From contig OZ320313.1 in the NCBI GenBank assembly GCA_976226885.1, forward strand, positions 58,094,001 through 58,158,000: a DNA stretch of 64,000 nucleotides, given 5' to 3'. A model generated the notes under the pieces. The model was not told where the DNA came from. It ran no database searches and saw only the letters and a list, made by a program, of their open reading frames with translations. This stretch comes from Iphione sp. A-MEVVRFRX5. Taxonomy: Eukaryota. Shown here in pieces: positions 40,969 through 51,971 of the stretch (the stretch's first letter is position 1; each line of letters opens with the position of its first letter). Position numbers and translations under genes: made by a program.

Positions 40969-43071
40969 ATGTTGCAACCTGACTCGTTTGAGAAAATATT
41001 TGCACAAATTGAACACACAACAGAAATGAGCGATAATCAACAGGGTATGGTGTCAGGACCGGTGCCGGGACCGGTCAGCCTGAACAGTCTAATTTTAGAC
41101 GTGCAACTACTGCCAATGACAAATAGCAGCATAAACATCGACCGTGTTGAAGTTGCTAGTGAATATGAACAACGATCCTCTACTCCTTGTAAATTACGCG
41201 TCCTAACTCATGATATTGATGGCATGCTGAACACAACTGTACTGAACAAATCGGTTGTAGGTGACACACATGTGAGCGCCATTACACCATCAGGTAGCTT
41301 ACATGACAGCATTGAAATTGTATCGACTCAAACCGAAAATCAATCTCAGTTGAGTGAAAAATCGCCAGAAAACACTAGTAATGCCGTGAAAACTCCTGAT
41401 TCACTTAAACGCATTGTCGAACACCATTTGGTTAAAACTCTAGGAGAAGATCTTGGCGCAAGCATGCTAAATTCTCCATATCAAGGGAAACGAAAGGGAG
41501 AATCACCCACTAACAATGAAAATACTAAGAAAAACCGGGACAATAATGACCTTAGTGCCCAACCAGACTCATTCATTCCGGTCTCATTTGATGACAATGT
41601 TAAAGATGTTCTTACTACCCAGATGTTGTTAAATAATGCAAATAAATTGTCTGATGACCACCAACAACAACCCAATCCACAGACGCAGTCATCCGACAAC
41701 ACCGCATGTAGCAACAATATTGACTTACATAATCTCGCCCAGAACATTAGCGCAATTGCCGATACTCTAACTGCTATGACACAATCTATACAAGCAAATA
41801 CTGCCAAAAATGAGCAACTAACAACTGAGGTGTCAAATTGGACGGCAGCTATCAACAAAAATAGTGAAGAAACAGCTAGATTGGTGGGCGAAATCAGAAG
41901 TCAAGCAACTTCTAACACAATTGAATTAAACGCGTTGAAGGAGCTGGTGGATAATGAACTTACAAAAAAGTCTGAGAAATGTACGTGCAAAGCAGAAGTT
42001 GAGAAATTAAAAGCAGAAATAGCTTTTCTCAAAAGCAACCAGTCTAATTTTAGATGTGAACAAAACGTAATTAAAGACAGGCTATCTCATTTAGACACTA
42101 GCAATGTTAAACACGACCGCATTATGCGTAAGAATAACATCATAATCTCAGGTGTATTGGAAGAAGACTTCGAAACTGCCATGGATGTTATGTCGAAAGT
42201 ACTAAATATCTTACACATGTTATGTCCCGCGATGCAACCGTATGAACTTGACCAGTGTATTAGATTGGGACCGAAACGCAGTGGGAAACATAGGGATATC
42301 TTGGTAAGTTTCTTGAAAGTAACCTGGAAATACGAGGTCCTCAAAAACAAGCCTAAACTCAAACAGCATCCAGGAATTTGGATAAATGACGACCTCTCAT
42401 TTGAGGACAAAGCAAAAAGGGGAGATTTGCGGAAAGTAATGAATCATGCCAAGGCAAGTGGGGCTACTGTTCGGCTCGACAATGACCGACTAACACTGAA
42501 CGGCCAGATTTTTTCAACTCACAATCTGCACAAACTCCCCAATGATTTCTCATTGGAAAAGGCTTCTGAAGCAAAAACTGTGGGCGGACTAGCTTTTGCC
42601 GGGAAACATCACCCGTTTTCGAACTTATTCCCGTGTAAACTGGTTTGGGACGGCAAGGCGTTTAGTTCATCTGAACAAGCCTATGCTGTAGCTAAGGCAA
42701 AGCACGTCGGTGACGAGAGTCTAGTAAATGAACTACTCATACTCAATGACCCCTACAAGGCCAAACAGAAAACAAAGAATCTCCTTATGAATGATGCCTG
42801 GGAGGCCGACTGTGTGACGCGAATGAAAGAGATTATTGCTGCCAAATTCTCCCAAAACGACGACCTCAAAAGAAGGCTGTTAGCAAGTGGTGAAAACATG
42901 CTTATAGAAGCAAGTAACGACGGTTTTTGGGGGGCAGGTGTTACTATTCGCTCTACCCATATTACCGCAGGTACCTACAAAGGAAAAAACCAGTTGGGGC
43001 ATTTGCTAACTGAGTTGCGTACCAGTCTACGAGAGAATACAGACACCACGGTTCAGGGAACTACTACCTAG
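40969..43071 (+). CDS. LINE ORF1 protein (700 aa from first ATG): disordered N-terminus, coiled coil, L1-type RRM/CTD, C-terminal NADAR domain
   Basis: Heptad-rich helical region (~41720-42120); RKNNIIISGVLEE...IRLG...RDILVSF...IWINDDL...LTLNGQIF typical of LINE ORF1 RRM+CTD (~42127-42510); then NADAR motifs. The track start at GTG 40957 is replaced by the first ATG at 40969. Confidence 0.9.
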   Translation: MLQPDSFEKIFAQIEHTTEMSDNQQGMVSGPVPGPVSLNSLILDVQLLPMTNSSINIDRVEVASEYEQRSSTPCKLRVLTHDIDGMLNTTVLNKSVVGDTHVSAITPSGSLHDSIEIVSTQTENQSQLSEKSPENTSNAVKTPDSLKRIVEHHLVKTLGEDLGASMLNSPYQGKRKGESPTNNENTKKNRDNNDLSAQPDSFIPVSFDDNVKDVLTTQMLLNNANKLSDDHQQQPNPQTQSSDNTACSNNIDLHNLAQNISAIADTLTAMTQSIQANTAKNEQLTTEVSNWTAAINKNSEETARLVGEIRSQATSNTIELNALKELVDNELTKKSEKCTCKAEVEKLKAEIAFLKSNQSNFRCEQNVIKDRLSHLDTSNVKHDRIMRKNNIIISGVLEEDFETAMDVMSKVLNILHMLCPAMQPYELDQCIRLGPKRSGKHRDILVSFLKVTWKYEVLKNKPKLKQHPGIWINDDLSFEDKAKRGDLRKVMNHAKASGATVRLDNDRLTLNGQIFSTHNLHKLPNDFSLEKASEAKTVGGLAFAGKHHPFSNLFPCKLVWDGKAFSSSEQAYAVAKAKHVGDESLVNELLILNDPYKAKQKTKNLLMNDAWEADCVTRMKEIIAAKFSQNDDLKRRLLASGENMLIEASNDGFWGAGVTIRSTHITAGTYKGKNQLGHLLTELRTSLRENTDTTVQGTTT
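42589..43032 (+). other. NADAR / YbiA-like domain within ORF1
   Basis: Ordered family motifs FSNLFP, FSSSEQAYAVAKA, P-x-x-AK, W...M..II.AKFSQN..L...LL.SG...LIEAS.DGFWG.G and GKNQLGHLLTELR match the recognised NADAR/YbiA signature across the whole domain. Confidence 0.9.
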
Positions 43072-43083
43072 TACCCTCCTGCA

Positions 43084-43773
43084 ATGGATCGTGCAGTACG
43101 TGATATGCGCAGTGACGTCTACATGTTTGCGGACTCGAACGGACGTGGAATCGGGTATGATTTGTGGAAGGAAGACCAGTTCGTCAATGTTAATTACTTC
43201 CCGGGACGAAAATTGAATGAAGTAGTTGACGAAGCGATCAATTTCAAGTTTAATCGGAAACCTGCTCTCATTATGATATTGGCCGGCACAAATGACTTGA
43301 CACATATGGATTTCAACTTTCAACTCTGCAATGGGTCCTCAATCAGACAGATAGCACTTGAAGATAATTCGATCGATGAACTCTTTTTTCGTATGAGATG
43401 GGAGTTGGCCAAAGCGGAGACTAAACTTTTACAACACTTCAAACCGAACAAGTTTGCTTTCTGCACGATGACTGGCTGTAATCTTAGTATTTACAATTCC
43501 CATTTGGGAAATTGTTTGATTAACCCTACCCGTGACAATGAAGAACAATATATCATCGACGAGGCTGTATTTCGTTTGAATTTAGACATAACAGCCATGA
43601 ACGCGAAACGGGACATGCCCACTCCCTGGGTTGGGAGTGTTATTCATAGCAGAAATAACGGTCGTGTGCATCATAGGTATTACAAGACAAGAGACGGTTG
43701 TCACTTGAAGGATGCGCATAGATGGGAGCGTACCAGGGAATTGACGAAATTCCTTATGAAATGCAGCTTATGA
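43084..43773 (+). CDS. SGNH/GDSL-family esterase, 229 aa, retrotransposon-encoded
   Basis: Block I VYMFADSNGRG (Ser codon at 43135), block II FPGRKL, block III ILAGTND, block V RDGCHL (His codon at 43702). The ATG is in strong context (GCAATGG). Confidence 0.82.
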   Translation: MDRAVRDMRSDVYMFADSNGRGIGYDLWKEDQFVNVNYFPGRKLNEVVDEAINFKFNRKPALIMILAGTNDLTHMDFNFQLCNGSSIRQIALEDNSIDELFFRMRWELAKAETKLLQHFKPNKFAFCTMTGCNLSIYNSHLGNCLINPTRDNEEQYIIDEAVFRLNLDITAMNAKRDMPTPWVGSVIHSRNNGRVHHRYYKTRDGCHLKDAHRWERTRELTKFLMKCSL

Positions 43774-44528
43774 GCATGAACTGTTTGAATTTCTGCATGC
43801 TTGCATCTTCGTCACACACTCGCTAAATCGTATACACAACCTACTGCAAACGGAGAGTGCCAATTTTTCATTCCTACGCTCATATGAGCCATGATTGTTT
43901 ATGCGATGCAGAGACTGTATGCCAACCAAGCGTTCCTTGTTGTTACTATGATTACTAGAACGCAGAACTTATCCTTTAGTGCTTTTCTTTGTATTAATCC
44001 AATTTAGTATGCTCATTTGAGCTGAGACCGTTACTATTGTTTACCACGATGTGAAGCCTTTCCTTAAACGTTGATATGTATCTACCCAATGTTACTCGTA
44101 GCTTACATATATCCAGATGACTCTTCTGAATCCGCATCCCGAATTCGTAGCATAAAAATAAAAATTTGTTGTTAACACACTGACATGCACTTTTTCTCTT
44201 CGTGATGATAAGCTCTATGACTAAGCCATTTGGTAGTTATGCTTCACGCCTCCGCCTCTTCATTATCTGCCGAACTCCATCTATCACTGATCGTCGCCCA
44301 CATCTAAATTTCCCTCAACAACACCAACATGAACGGGCCATACTCATGTATATTATGTATGGCGTCCGTTGCTGTAACTCTCGTTTTATTTACCACCAAC
44401 TTTAAATTATATACTATCATCTATGTAAATAACGATCATATCATCTCATTATTTGTTCTGTATAATATGAGATTAATATTTAAGACCAATCAACTCGAGA
44501 CCGGGTGTGACATTGCTATTTCAATACA

Positions 44529-47438
44529 ATGTCAACAAACTTGACTAAGGGGACTCTCAAGGTTTTCTACATGAACATCAGAAGTCTATTGGGTAAAATA
44601 GATGAACTAAAAATACTATTCAATAGTAAAAAATATGACCTGATCATCTTGGTAGAGTCTTGGTTGTGCCCAGATATTTTAAATTCAAGTATCTCTCTTG
44701 ACGGTTACTATATATTACGCCAAGATCGAGATACTACAAAGACAGGAACTAGAAAACGCAAAAAGGGAGGAGGCATTTGTGTGTTCGTTAAGCAATCGAT
44801 AGCAATAGATGATAAAATATTTAGTCACTTGAATATGAACTCTGATATTGTGGAAATGTTTTGGTTCCAGGTTCAGATTGGAGTTAAGATTGTCATTGGG
44901 GTAGTCTATCGCCCGCCTACAAATGGTACTGAAGACTTCTTGTTACATCTAAGGAATTCATTTGAGTCCTTAGAGAGAAGTGGCAGCCTAAACACGTTGC
45001 TCATTGGAGACGTGAATATAAATTATTCTGACGCTGACAAGGCTGCCACTATTAACCTGAAGTTAGTAAGTAAAGAATTCTCTTACACCCAGTTAGTACA
45101 AGAGTGCACACGACAAACACTACATTCTTCGACTATAATAGACCACGTATACGCAAATACTTTTTATGCAGTGAAGCATAAGGTATTAAAACTAATGCTA
45201 AGCGACCATTTTGCAATAGATGCTTAGATAGGTCCTCTCCAAAAACCAAAATATGATACAAAATTACTCAGACATAGGAAATGGAATCCAGCAATTAGTT
45301 CAAAGATAATGACTTACCTATCCACCTATTCATGGAACAAATTTTTCTTGGAAAATGACCCAATCTATTTATGGGAAGAACTTAAATGTGTAATAAGACA
45401 TGCTCTAGATGTCTACACCCCCATACGAAATTCCTATATAAAAGCATATCGAGAAGGTTGGATGTCTGCCGAGTTATTAACGCTGATTAATGAGAAACAT
45501 AGACTCTCTCATAAAGCAGCTAGGACAGGTTCAATATCAGATCTAAGGGCAGCCAAAATTTGTAGTAACAGGGTCAAAAGTACTATCCGCAAGACTAAGA
45601 ATGAGTTCTATGCAAATGCCCTAGAAAGACACAAAAGTGATCCTAGAAAGTATTGGCGGATCTTGAAGGAAAACTTCAAGACCAAAGATCGAAGTCAGCC
45701 CTATGTACAGCTCAAAGACAATACTGGAACGATTTTAGATGACATAGGGAGTGCAAACTACTTGAACTATTTCTTCGCAACAATTGGTAATATGGAAAAT
45801 TTGTCATGTGAAATGGAACAGCGCCCTGAAAATGACACTGATATCCCTAGACTAGAAGTTACACCGGCCAGCCATGAGGAATTACTGACTGCCTTAAAAA
45901 CATTAGATACTAACAAGCCGTCAGGGATTGAGTGGTGTACAATGACTATTTTGAAGGAAATCCTGCTTTTTCTTTCGCACCAGCTGCTACACCTTATTAA
46001 TGCATCGTTGACAACGGGCTTAGTCCCACAGGATTGGAAGGAGGGCTTGGTCACCCCTCTGTTTAAAAAAGGTGACCGGCAAAGCGCAGCAAATTACAGA
46101 CCTATAACAATTCTGCCTTGTTTCTCAAAGATAATAGAGAGGATAATTCACACAAGGATATATAACCATCTAGAAAATAATAACTTGTTACACCCACTCC
46201 AGTTTGGATTTAGACAGGGAAAATCGACATCAGAAGCCGTGGCACGACTAGTAGACAATGCATTCTCTAACTTAAATCGAAAAATGCTGACAGGAGTGTT
46301 ACTAATAGACTATGCCAAGGCTTTTGACAGTATCCAGCATAGGATCATCTTGTCAAAACTGCCACTGTTTGGACTAGGATCGTACCACAAATGGATAACA
46401 AATTACCTAGCTAACAGGAAACAAAGGACAAAACTTAATGGCATAATATCAAACCCAAGTGCTGTCACAGCTGGCGTGCCCCAAGGAAGTATCTTGGGGC
46501 CGCTGCTGTTCCTGCTCTACATAAATGATTCTCTAAATCAGTTTCAAAACGAAGAATGTCAGTTATACGCCGACGATACTGCGCTTATAACTGAAGGCCG
46601 AACAGCGAAAGCAGTAGGTGACAACTTGTTCAGAGGGCTGCACACGTTAGAAAAATGGTGTCGAAAAAATGGGTTAAAGATCAATAACCAAAAAACCGAG
46701 TTAATAATATTCACCCCGCCCAGAACCAGTTTGTCAATCGAAGAAAGGGATTACATTGAAACACGTGTTGGCACCACACAGAAAGCATGTGTAAAATACT
46801 TGGGTATTCATTTAGATGAAAAGTTAAGAATGACTCAACAAACACTAAAAATACTGAACTCCCTGAAACCATTGGCCATGATGTTCAAACGAATAAGACG
46901 AGGCATTAGTGTTGACACTGCTGTCAAAATATTTAAATCATTCATTTTGCCGTATTCAGACCAGGGATGTTGCATACTGATGAATAAGAGAAGCCGAGGC
47001 TTTAATGCCATCTTGAGTTTACTATCAAGATTGGTCAGGCTCTGTTACAAAGATTGGGTTAGCCCTATTGAGTGTTTATACCAGAAGTTAAGAGTCCTCC
47101 CATACCCCCTAAGAGTCGATTACTTTACAGGCCTTAGTGCATGCAAGAGATACAAAAACCTCTCACATACAATTGCAATAGAACGGATTCATGAAAATCC
47201 AATGCACGCTAGGCATACCAGAGGCTGTGCCAACCTGCATATAAAACAAATTCGTGTGTACTCTGAGGGCATCCGATTTTCACCCACTTATAATATGATC
47301 AAGTTTTGGAATAACATGCCCTTAGAAATTAAGTTGAGTGAATCGAAAACAAAAACACAAGGCGACGCTAAAATAAAAACTCTGCTAAAGAAATTTCTGT
47401 TCGAAAAGATGATGAAAGAAAACTGGAGAGTCCCCTAA
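44529..47438 (+). pseudogene. LINE ORF2 (AP endonuclease + reverse transcriptase), one reading frame with a single in-frame TAG at 45225-45227
   Basis: APE motifs MNIRSL, VESWL, GGGICVF, VYRPP, IGDVNIN, IDHVY, SDH. RT motifs NYRPITILP, QFGFR, DYAKAFDSI, GVPQGSILGP (46473), YADDT (46566), YLGIHLD. Track ORFs 44529-45227 and 45309-47438 are in the same frame, and the 27 codons between them are open. Confidence 0.92.
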
Positions 47439-47951
47439 CCAGATTAAATCACTGTAATGGCAGTATAAACCCCAGTAGAACCCGGCTCCTTCTTTTCCTC
47501 TCAACTCATAAGGATAACATCTAATTTCACTTTTTCCCATCTGATTCATCGTTGAGGCAAACGTGAAGAAACTGGGTGGCTATGTCAGTTTATGCTTTAT
47601 TTATCACAGGGAACGTGCCATATTACCCAAGTACGAATCTATCAACTCCATCAAACATTAACATAGTCCATCAGATAACATGACACACTATCCTTGACGA
47701 ATCATCCATCTTGTTCATATTTTTCATCTCGAATCGTCCTAGTCTAATCTAGTCAACCATTCTCATTTCCCAATTGAAAGAGAAAACATTTGAATCTATT
47801 AAAACCGTAACAATCATATCATCCTTCCAACCACATATCCCTCCATGATGTCACAACCCCAACTCCCCCATCGGATTCAGAAAGTGAAAGTGACTGTATT
47901 ATCCTCATTCCTGTATAGTTTGACTATGTTATGCGAACTCATAAGGACAAG

Positions 47952-48019
47952 CTGGAGATGTAAGGCCAATGGCCTCCCCAAGTTCCAGTAAGAAATAAAC
48001 GTTTAAAAAAAAAAAAAAA
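47952..48019 (+). other. LINE 3' terminus: stem-loop, AATAAA and poly(A) tail
   Basis: AGGCC-AAT-GGCCT hairpin (47963-47975), extendable by CTGGA/TCCAG pairing; AATAAA at 47994; A15 at 48005-48019. Confidence 0.75.
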
Positions 48020-48599
48020 TAGGCCTATCCATATGTATGTATGTGAAACAGTAGAGGGTTTACAGATGAGGTGTACCATGCACACATGTATTTCGCAGGT
48101 AAAAGTATATGAAATATATGTATGATATTGTATTATAATGTAAATCTATGTATGTTTATATTATACTGAAAGAATCTAGGAATATGGGCAGGTCTTTCGT
48201 AAGTATTCAATTCTATATAAATATCTTGGAATGTTGGAAAACCTGTGCAATCTGTACAGAAATATCTTAGCATTTGGGTGGACTTTGTACAATTCATAAC
48301 ATTTCTGCTGAAAACACTGTAAAAAGAATATTAAACATTGCTTTCCATACACTGTCAGTATTCTCTCTGTGTAAGCCTGCGACACACTTGTGGTGCATTT
48401 GAATGGTATTATTCATGATGTTTTACAGTGTACTTAGTATTAAAATGAATGTTCTAACTAAAACATCTGAAACATTGTAACTAAAATGTAATTAACTAGT
48501 TGGTTAATCTTAATTACATGATCCAGAATTCACCGCAGGTATTACAGCAAGAGTTTTTTAAGTTCTTGCATAAAACATGATAACTTATCCAATGGTAAA

Positions 48600-49100
48600 T
48601 ATATAACTGTATATCAATGCAGAGATAAATGTGTTAAAGTTCCCATAAAACATCTGCAATGGTATCTGAGACCAAGGTACATCCAAGAATGCTGATTTAA
48701 TGTTCAAAAGTATCAATCACGTCGGCTTTGGTATCTGCTTCAAATGGTTATGGCGCAACATGTAGCCCTTAGAGTATTTTCGAATGTATTGGTGGGTGTC
48801 TTGCATGCTGGGACATGCCATGAAAATGTACTAATCTTGTTTCTTGTGGCATCCAATTATTGACGTGATTACTGGGTTAGTAAACAGAAACTGGCAGGCG
48901 GTGCTTGTCAGAGCTTGTTTTATATGGGCAAGAGTCATGAAAAAACAGCTTGGACACTGGACCTGAATTGGGCCTTGCCGCAGCTTTGTGGAAAAAATGT
49001 GTATGATGCCATTATATGTGTGAGATGCCATCCGGCTTTGCTGGGATTCCCTGATGACGTTATAACTTTTTGTTAAGACCAGCTTAATATCTGGTGCCTA
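48600..49100 (-). pseudogene. Highly decayed LINE RT N-terminal remnant
   Basis: Minus-strand fragments NPSKA/PDGISH (~49020-49050, KA.GPDGI-like) and LILLNIKSAFLDVPW (48672-48716, LLDFSKAFD.VPH-like) occur in the expected order. Confidence 0.5.
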
Positions 49101-51971
49101 GTGTACGTAACATGCCTCCTCAAGTTACAGCTCTGTGTTATCCTGTCGCAGAGCGGTTGAGGACTGCAACTTAGCTCTTTTTCCAGAATGCGTGTAGTCT
49201 AGGTAGTGGTGGGGGGGGGGGGGGCTACTAGTTGATCAGGTAATCAAATTCTGATAGCATAGGTGAATCTGTAGATGTAGTCACTGCCAGCCCTCCTTGT
49301 CTCTCCTGCACACTGTACCTTACAGTAGGAGCATGTGACGGCCTATACCATGCTGGATGACTGGCAGTTGTTTTTGCCCATCGGTCTGTACTCCGTATCA
49401 TTGGATGTTGAGAAAATGTATGCAGTTTCAACAATGCTTTGGTACTAATTGCATTCTATTCTTTTGCAGTGGAAACTGCTATGGTTCTTTGGCGGTGGAC
49501 GTGGGAAGGATGAGGAGTTGGGTATGTTATGCAGCATTGGTACTCTCCTGTACGCTATTATCTTGTGGCTTATTAGTCTCCTTATTGGCTTGAGAGATGT
49601 AGTCCTTCAAGAAACTGAAGATACCCGCTGCGAGTATAATAATGGTTACAGGCTGTTGGTCTTCAATGTTTTGTTGAAGTAGGCTGCATTGGGGAACTGC
49701 TCTGCTTGTTCTATGATTGTCTTGGTGATTTAATGGGGGTGTCGACCTAGGCTTGGGTATTTTAGTAGGTGTTTACTGGCCTTACCAAACTCAACTCCTC
49801 CAAGCAGCTCATACACAGTTATATTGCGAGTAGGCTGTGGAGGTTTTCTGGTGGTTGGGATGGTGTGAGCTGTAATCAAGGTAGAAGACGGATTTTGTTA
49901 GCTATGGCAATCGTCAGATAATCTTTTTCCCTTTCCTTTAGATTTGTATTGCACCGGGACGCCCCCTCCCATGTAAATAGAAAGAACTAGAGCCTAATTT
50001 AAAACTAAAAGGTATGGGTAGTACTGTTACTTCCCGTCATTTGTGCGCTTTTGTATCTATTTTCATCTGATCGACAATACATTATAAAAGACAGCGCAAA
50101 CAGACGCAACGCAAAAAAACACAAAATACATGTACATGTACACATGTACTGTTAAAGGCATCCCTGCCTAACTTTCCAAGAGGAAATAAAGTGGTTGTTA
50201 TGCATGAAATTGTTGTATTATGCCGAAAAGACACACAGAGAGTCAAGAAAATATCCATTTTTATCTGAATGGAATGAAAACGATATTTTATCAAACAAGT
50301 ATCACCAGCTTTACACGATTAATAGAAGACGTTGAAATTGATGCTTATTAAAGGGAGAAAATGGATAGGTTCCTCACTTCCTCCAAATGTAAGAACAGTA
50401 TACACGGTCTATTTCGTTGCAAAACCTATTTGAAAGACCTTTTGGCTCTCTCTGCAATAAATCTGAGTGAACAAAGCGCTCTCCGCATGTAAGATTTCGG
50501 CCCTGCTATTCACTGGATATACATTGTATTTAATGTATCATAAAATGTTTGTTAAATGCTTAGTGTGGGAACGGTAAGGAAGAAATACTAACATTGTAAT
50601 TTATTCAAATACATTTTTGTACTTAATCAACGCTGCACCTCCAAGATTTCAAAACTATCCACTATCTGTGGGGGTGAGCACATGAGTCGCCTGGTATTAT
50701 ACAGTTAATTCCTACAAAGTTAAAGCTTAAGAAGACAATGAGATCACCTTCAACTAAAAAGTAACCCGCGGTGTTTCTCGTACTTCTAGCTGCCGACGGC
50801 CAGAGCAACAACTCCAGAGATTGTAGTTTAAAAAACAACAACCAGCGACTGACGGAGACTTCGAAACCTGCATCCATTAATCACATTAAATTACCCGTAA
50901 TTCTACCACGTCGGGCGTTTTAATGAATGCATTGTTAATGAGCTAATGCCACAATAATTGAGTAGGCAATCTCGTGGAATCTCATGAAGAAGTAGAAGTA
51001 GAGAGGAGATTGAAGGACATGCCTTCGGCCAAATGGGAAATCAACCATCGTAGGGTTATCCATGACCATCTACAGTTGTTCTTGACATGACAGACCAGTG
51101 TGTTGCCCCCAGCCGTCGATAGATACCACTCAGGAACGGGAAAAGAGGCGACGGGCAGTGTGAACAACCAGAAAAAGCCCTGTGTCTACACGTTGATAAT
51201 CAATCGCAAACCGCGCTCAAAGGGTGTGAAGCATCGATCAGAGGAACTACTGTATTAATATCATTACCTGCCTCGAAGAATATAAAAAAAAGTTGCGAGT
51301 AACCAGCCCGATAATCATCACATTATCTGGGTTTGTTGAAAGCATTGATAAACCAGACGGATGTTGGAAGAAATGATAAGAAGTATGCAAATGCTGGAGA
51401 CGGGATGTGATTATGGCTGATACTTGTCAATACGGTAAACAGTTCCCCACACAGCCTGATGTCTCTTTGGTGAGAAGGAAGGCCTGTCTAACCGAAGTGA
51501 TGTGAACAGCTTAAATGGGACCACATCAAATATTAGCGCACGTCGGCTTGAATGAGGCCCCAGTGTATCAGGGCGGTACAGTTGACGGGTAGGAAAGCCA
51601 TCTCTTAGATGTGTGTGCTTTATAGAGGTCGACAGGTGGGCGGAGAGGTGCACACAAAGGGGTCGACCGCCACACTGTCGCGCACCTGGCCATGCGGCGA
51701 GGGGCGGAAACCTGGCAGGCGCATGTCCGGCCGCGACAAGTGTTGCCCTGCCTGTCCTCACCCTGCTGTTCCCATGAATAGCCTGGCTGGGGTAAGGGGT
51801 AGGCTAGAGGGGGCAGAAAGCATGTAGCGGTGTCGATCAATTCGTCATGGTGCGGCCACTCCGCCCCGCCCTGTCTGCTGCTCGCTTCCTCTCGGATTGC
51901 TGACAAAACGTTTCTGACAGGAGCTCTTTCATCGCGAGGTGCTAATGAAGATGGCCGCGGGCGGTCTGGTG

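Larger units (their letters stand above)
40818..48018 (+). mobile_element. Full-length non-LTR retrotransposon (CR1/L2-group LINE) with ORF1-NADAR, SGNH esterase ORF and APE-RT ORF2
   Basis: ORF1-like, esterase, AP-endonuclease and RT coding regions lie co-linearly with no frameshifts. The 3' end has AATAAA (47994-47999) and an A-run (48005-48019). ATAGG occurs at 40813-40817 and 48019-48023 (candidate TSD). The 5' boundary is inferred from that TSD. Confidence 0.93.

Noticed and set aside
41481-46054. Antisense ORFs 41481-41858, 42087-42410, 43027-43323 and 45767-46054
   Set aside because: They are shadow frames of the LINE coding regions with no recognisable motifs.
40969-47438. Organism-wide reassignment of TAG to a sense codon
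   Set aside because: Only 2 TAG codons occur in ~1900 codons of Gln-rich coding sequence; a reassigned codon would be far more frequent.
44125-47882. 11-nt complementarity between the spacer (TTCTGAATCCG) and the 3'UTR (CGGATTCAGAA)
   Set aside because: A match of this length between two AT-rich 600-750-nt regions is plausible by chance.
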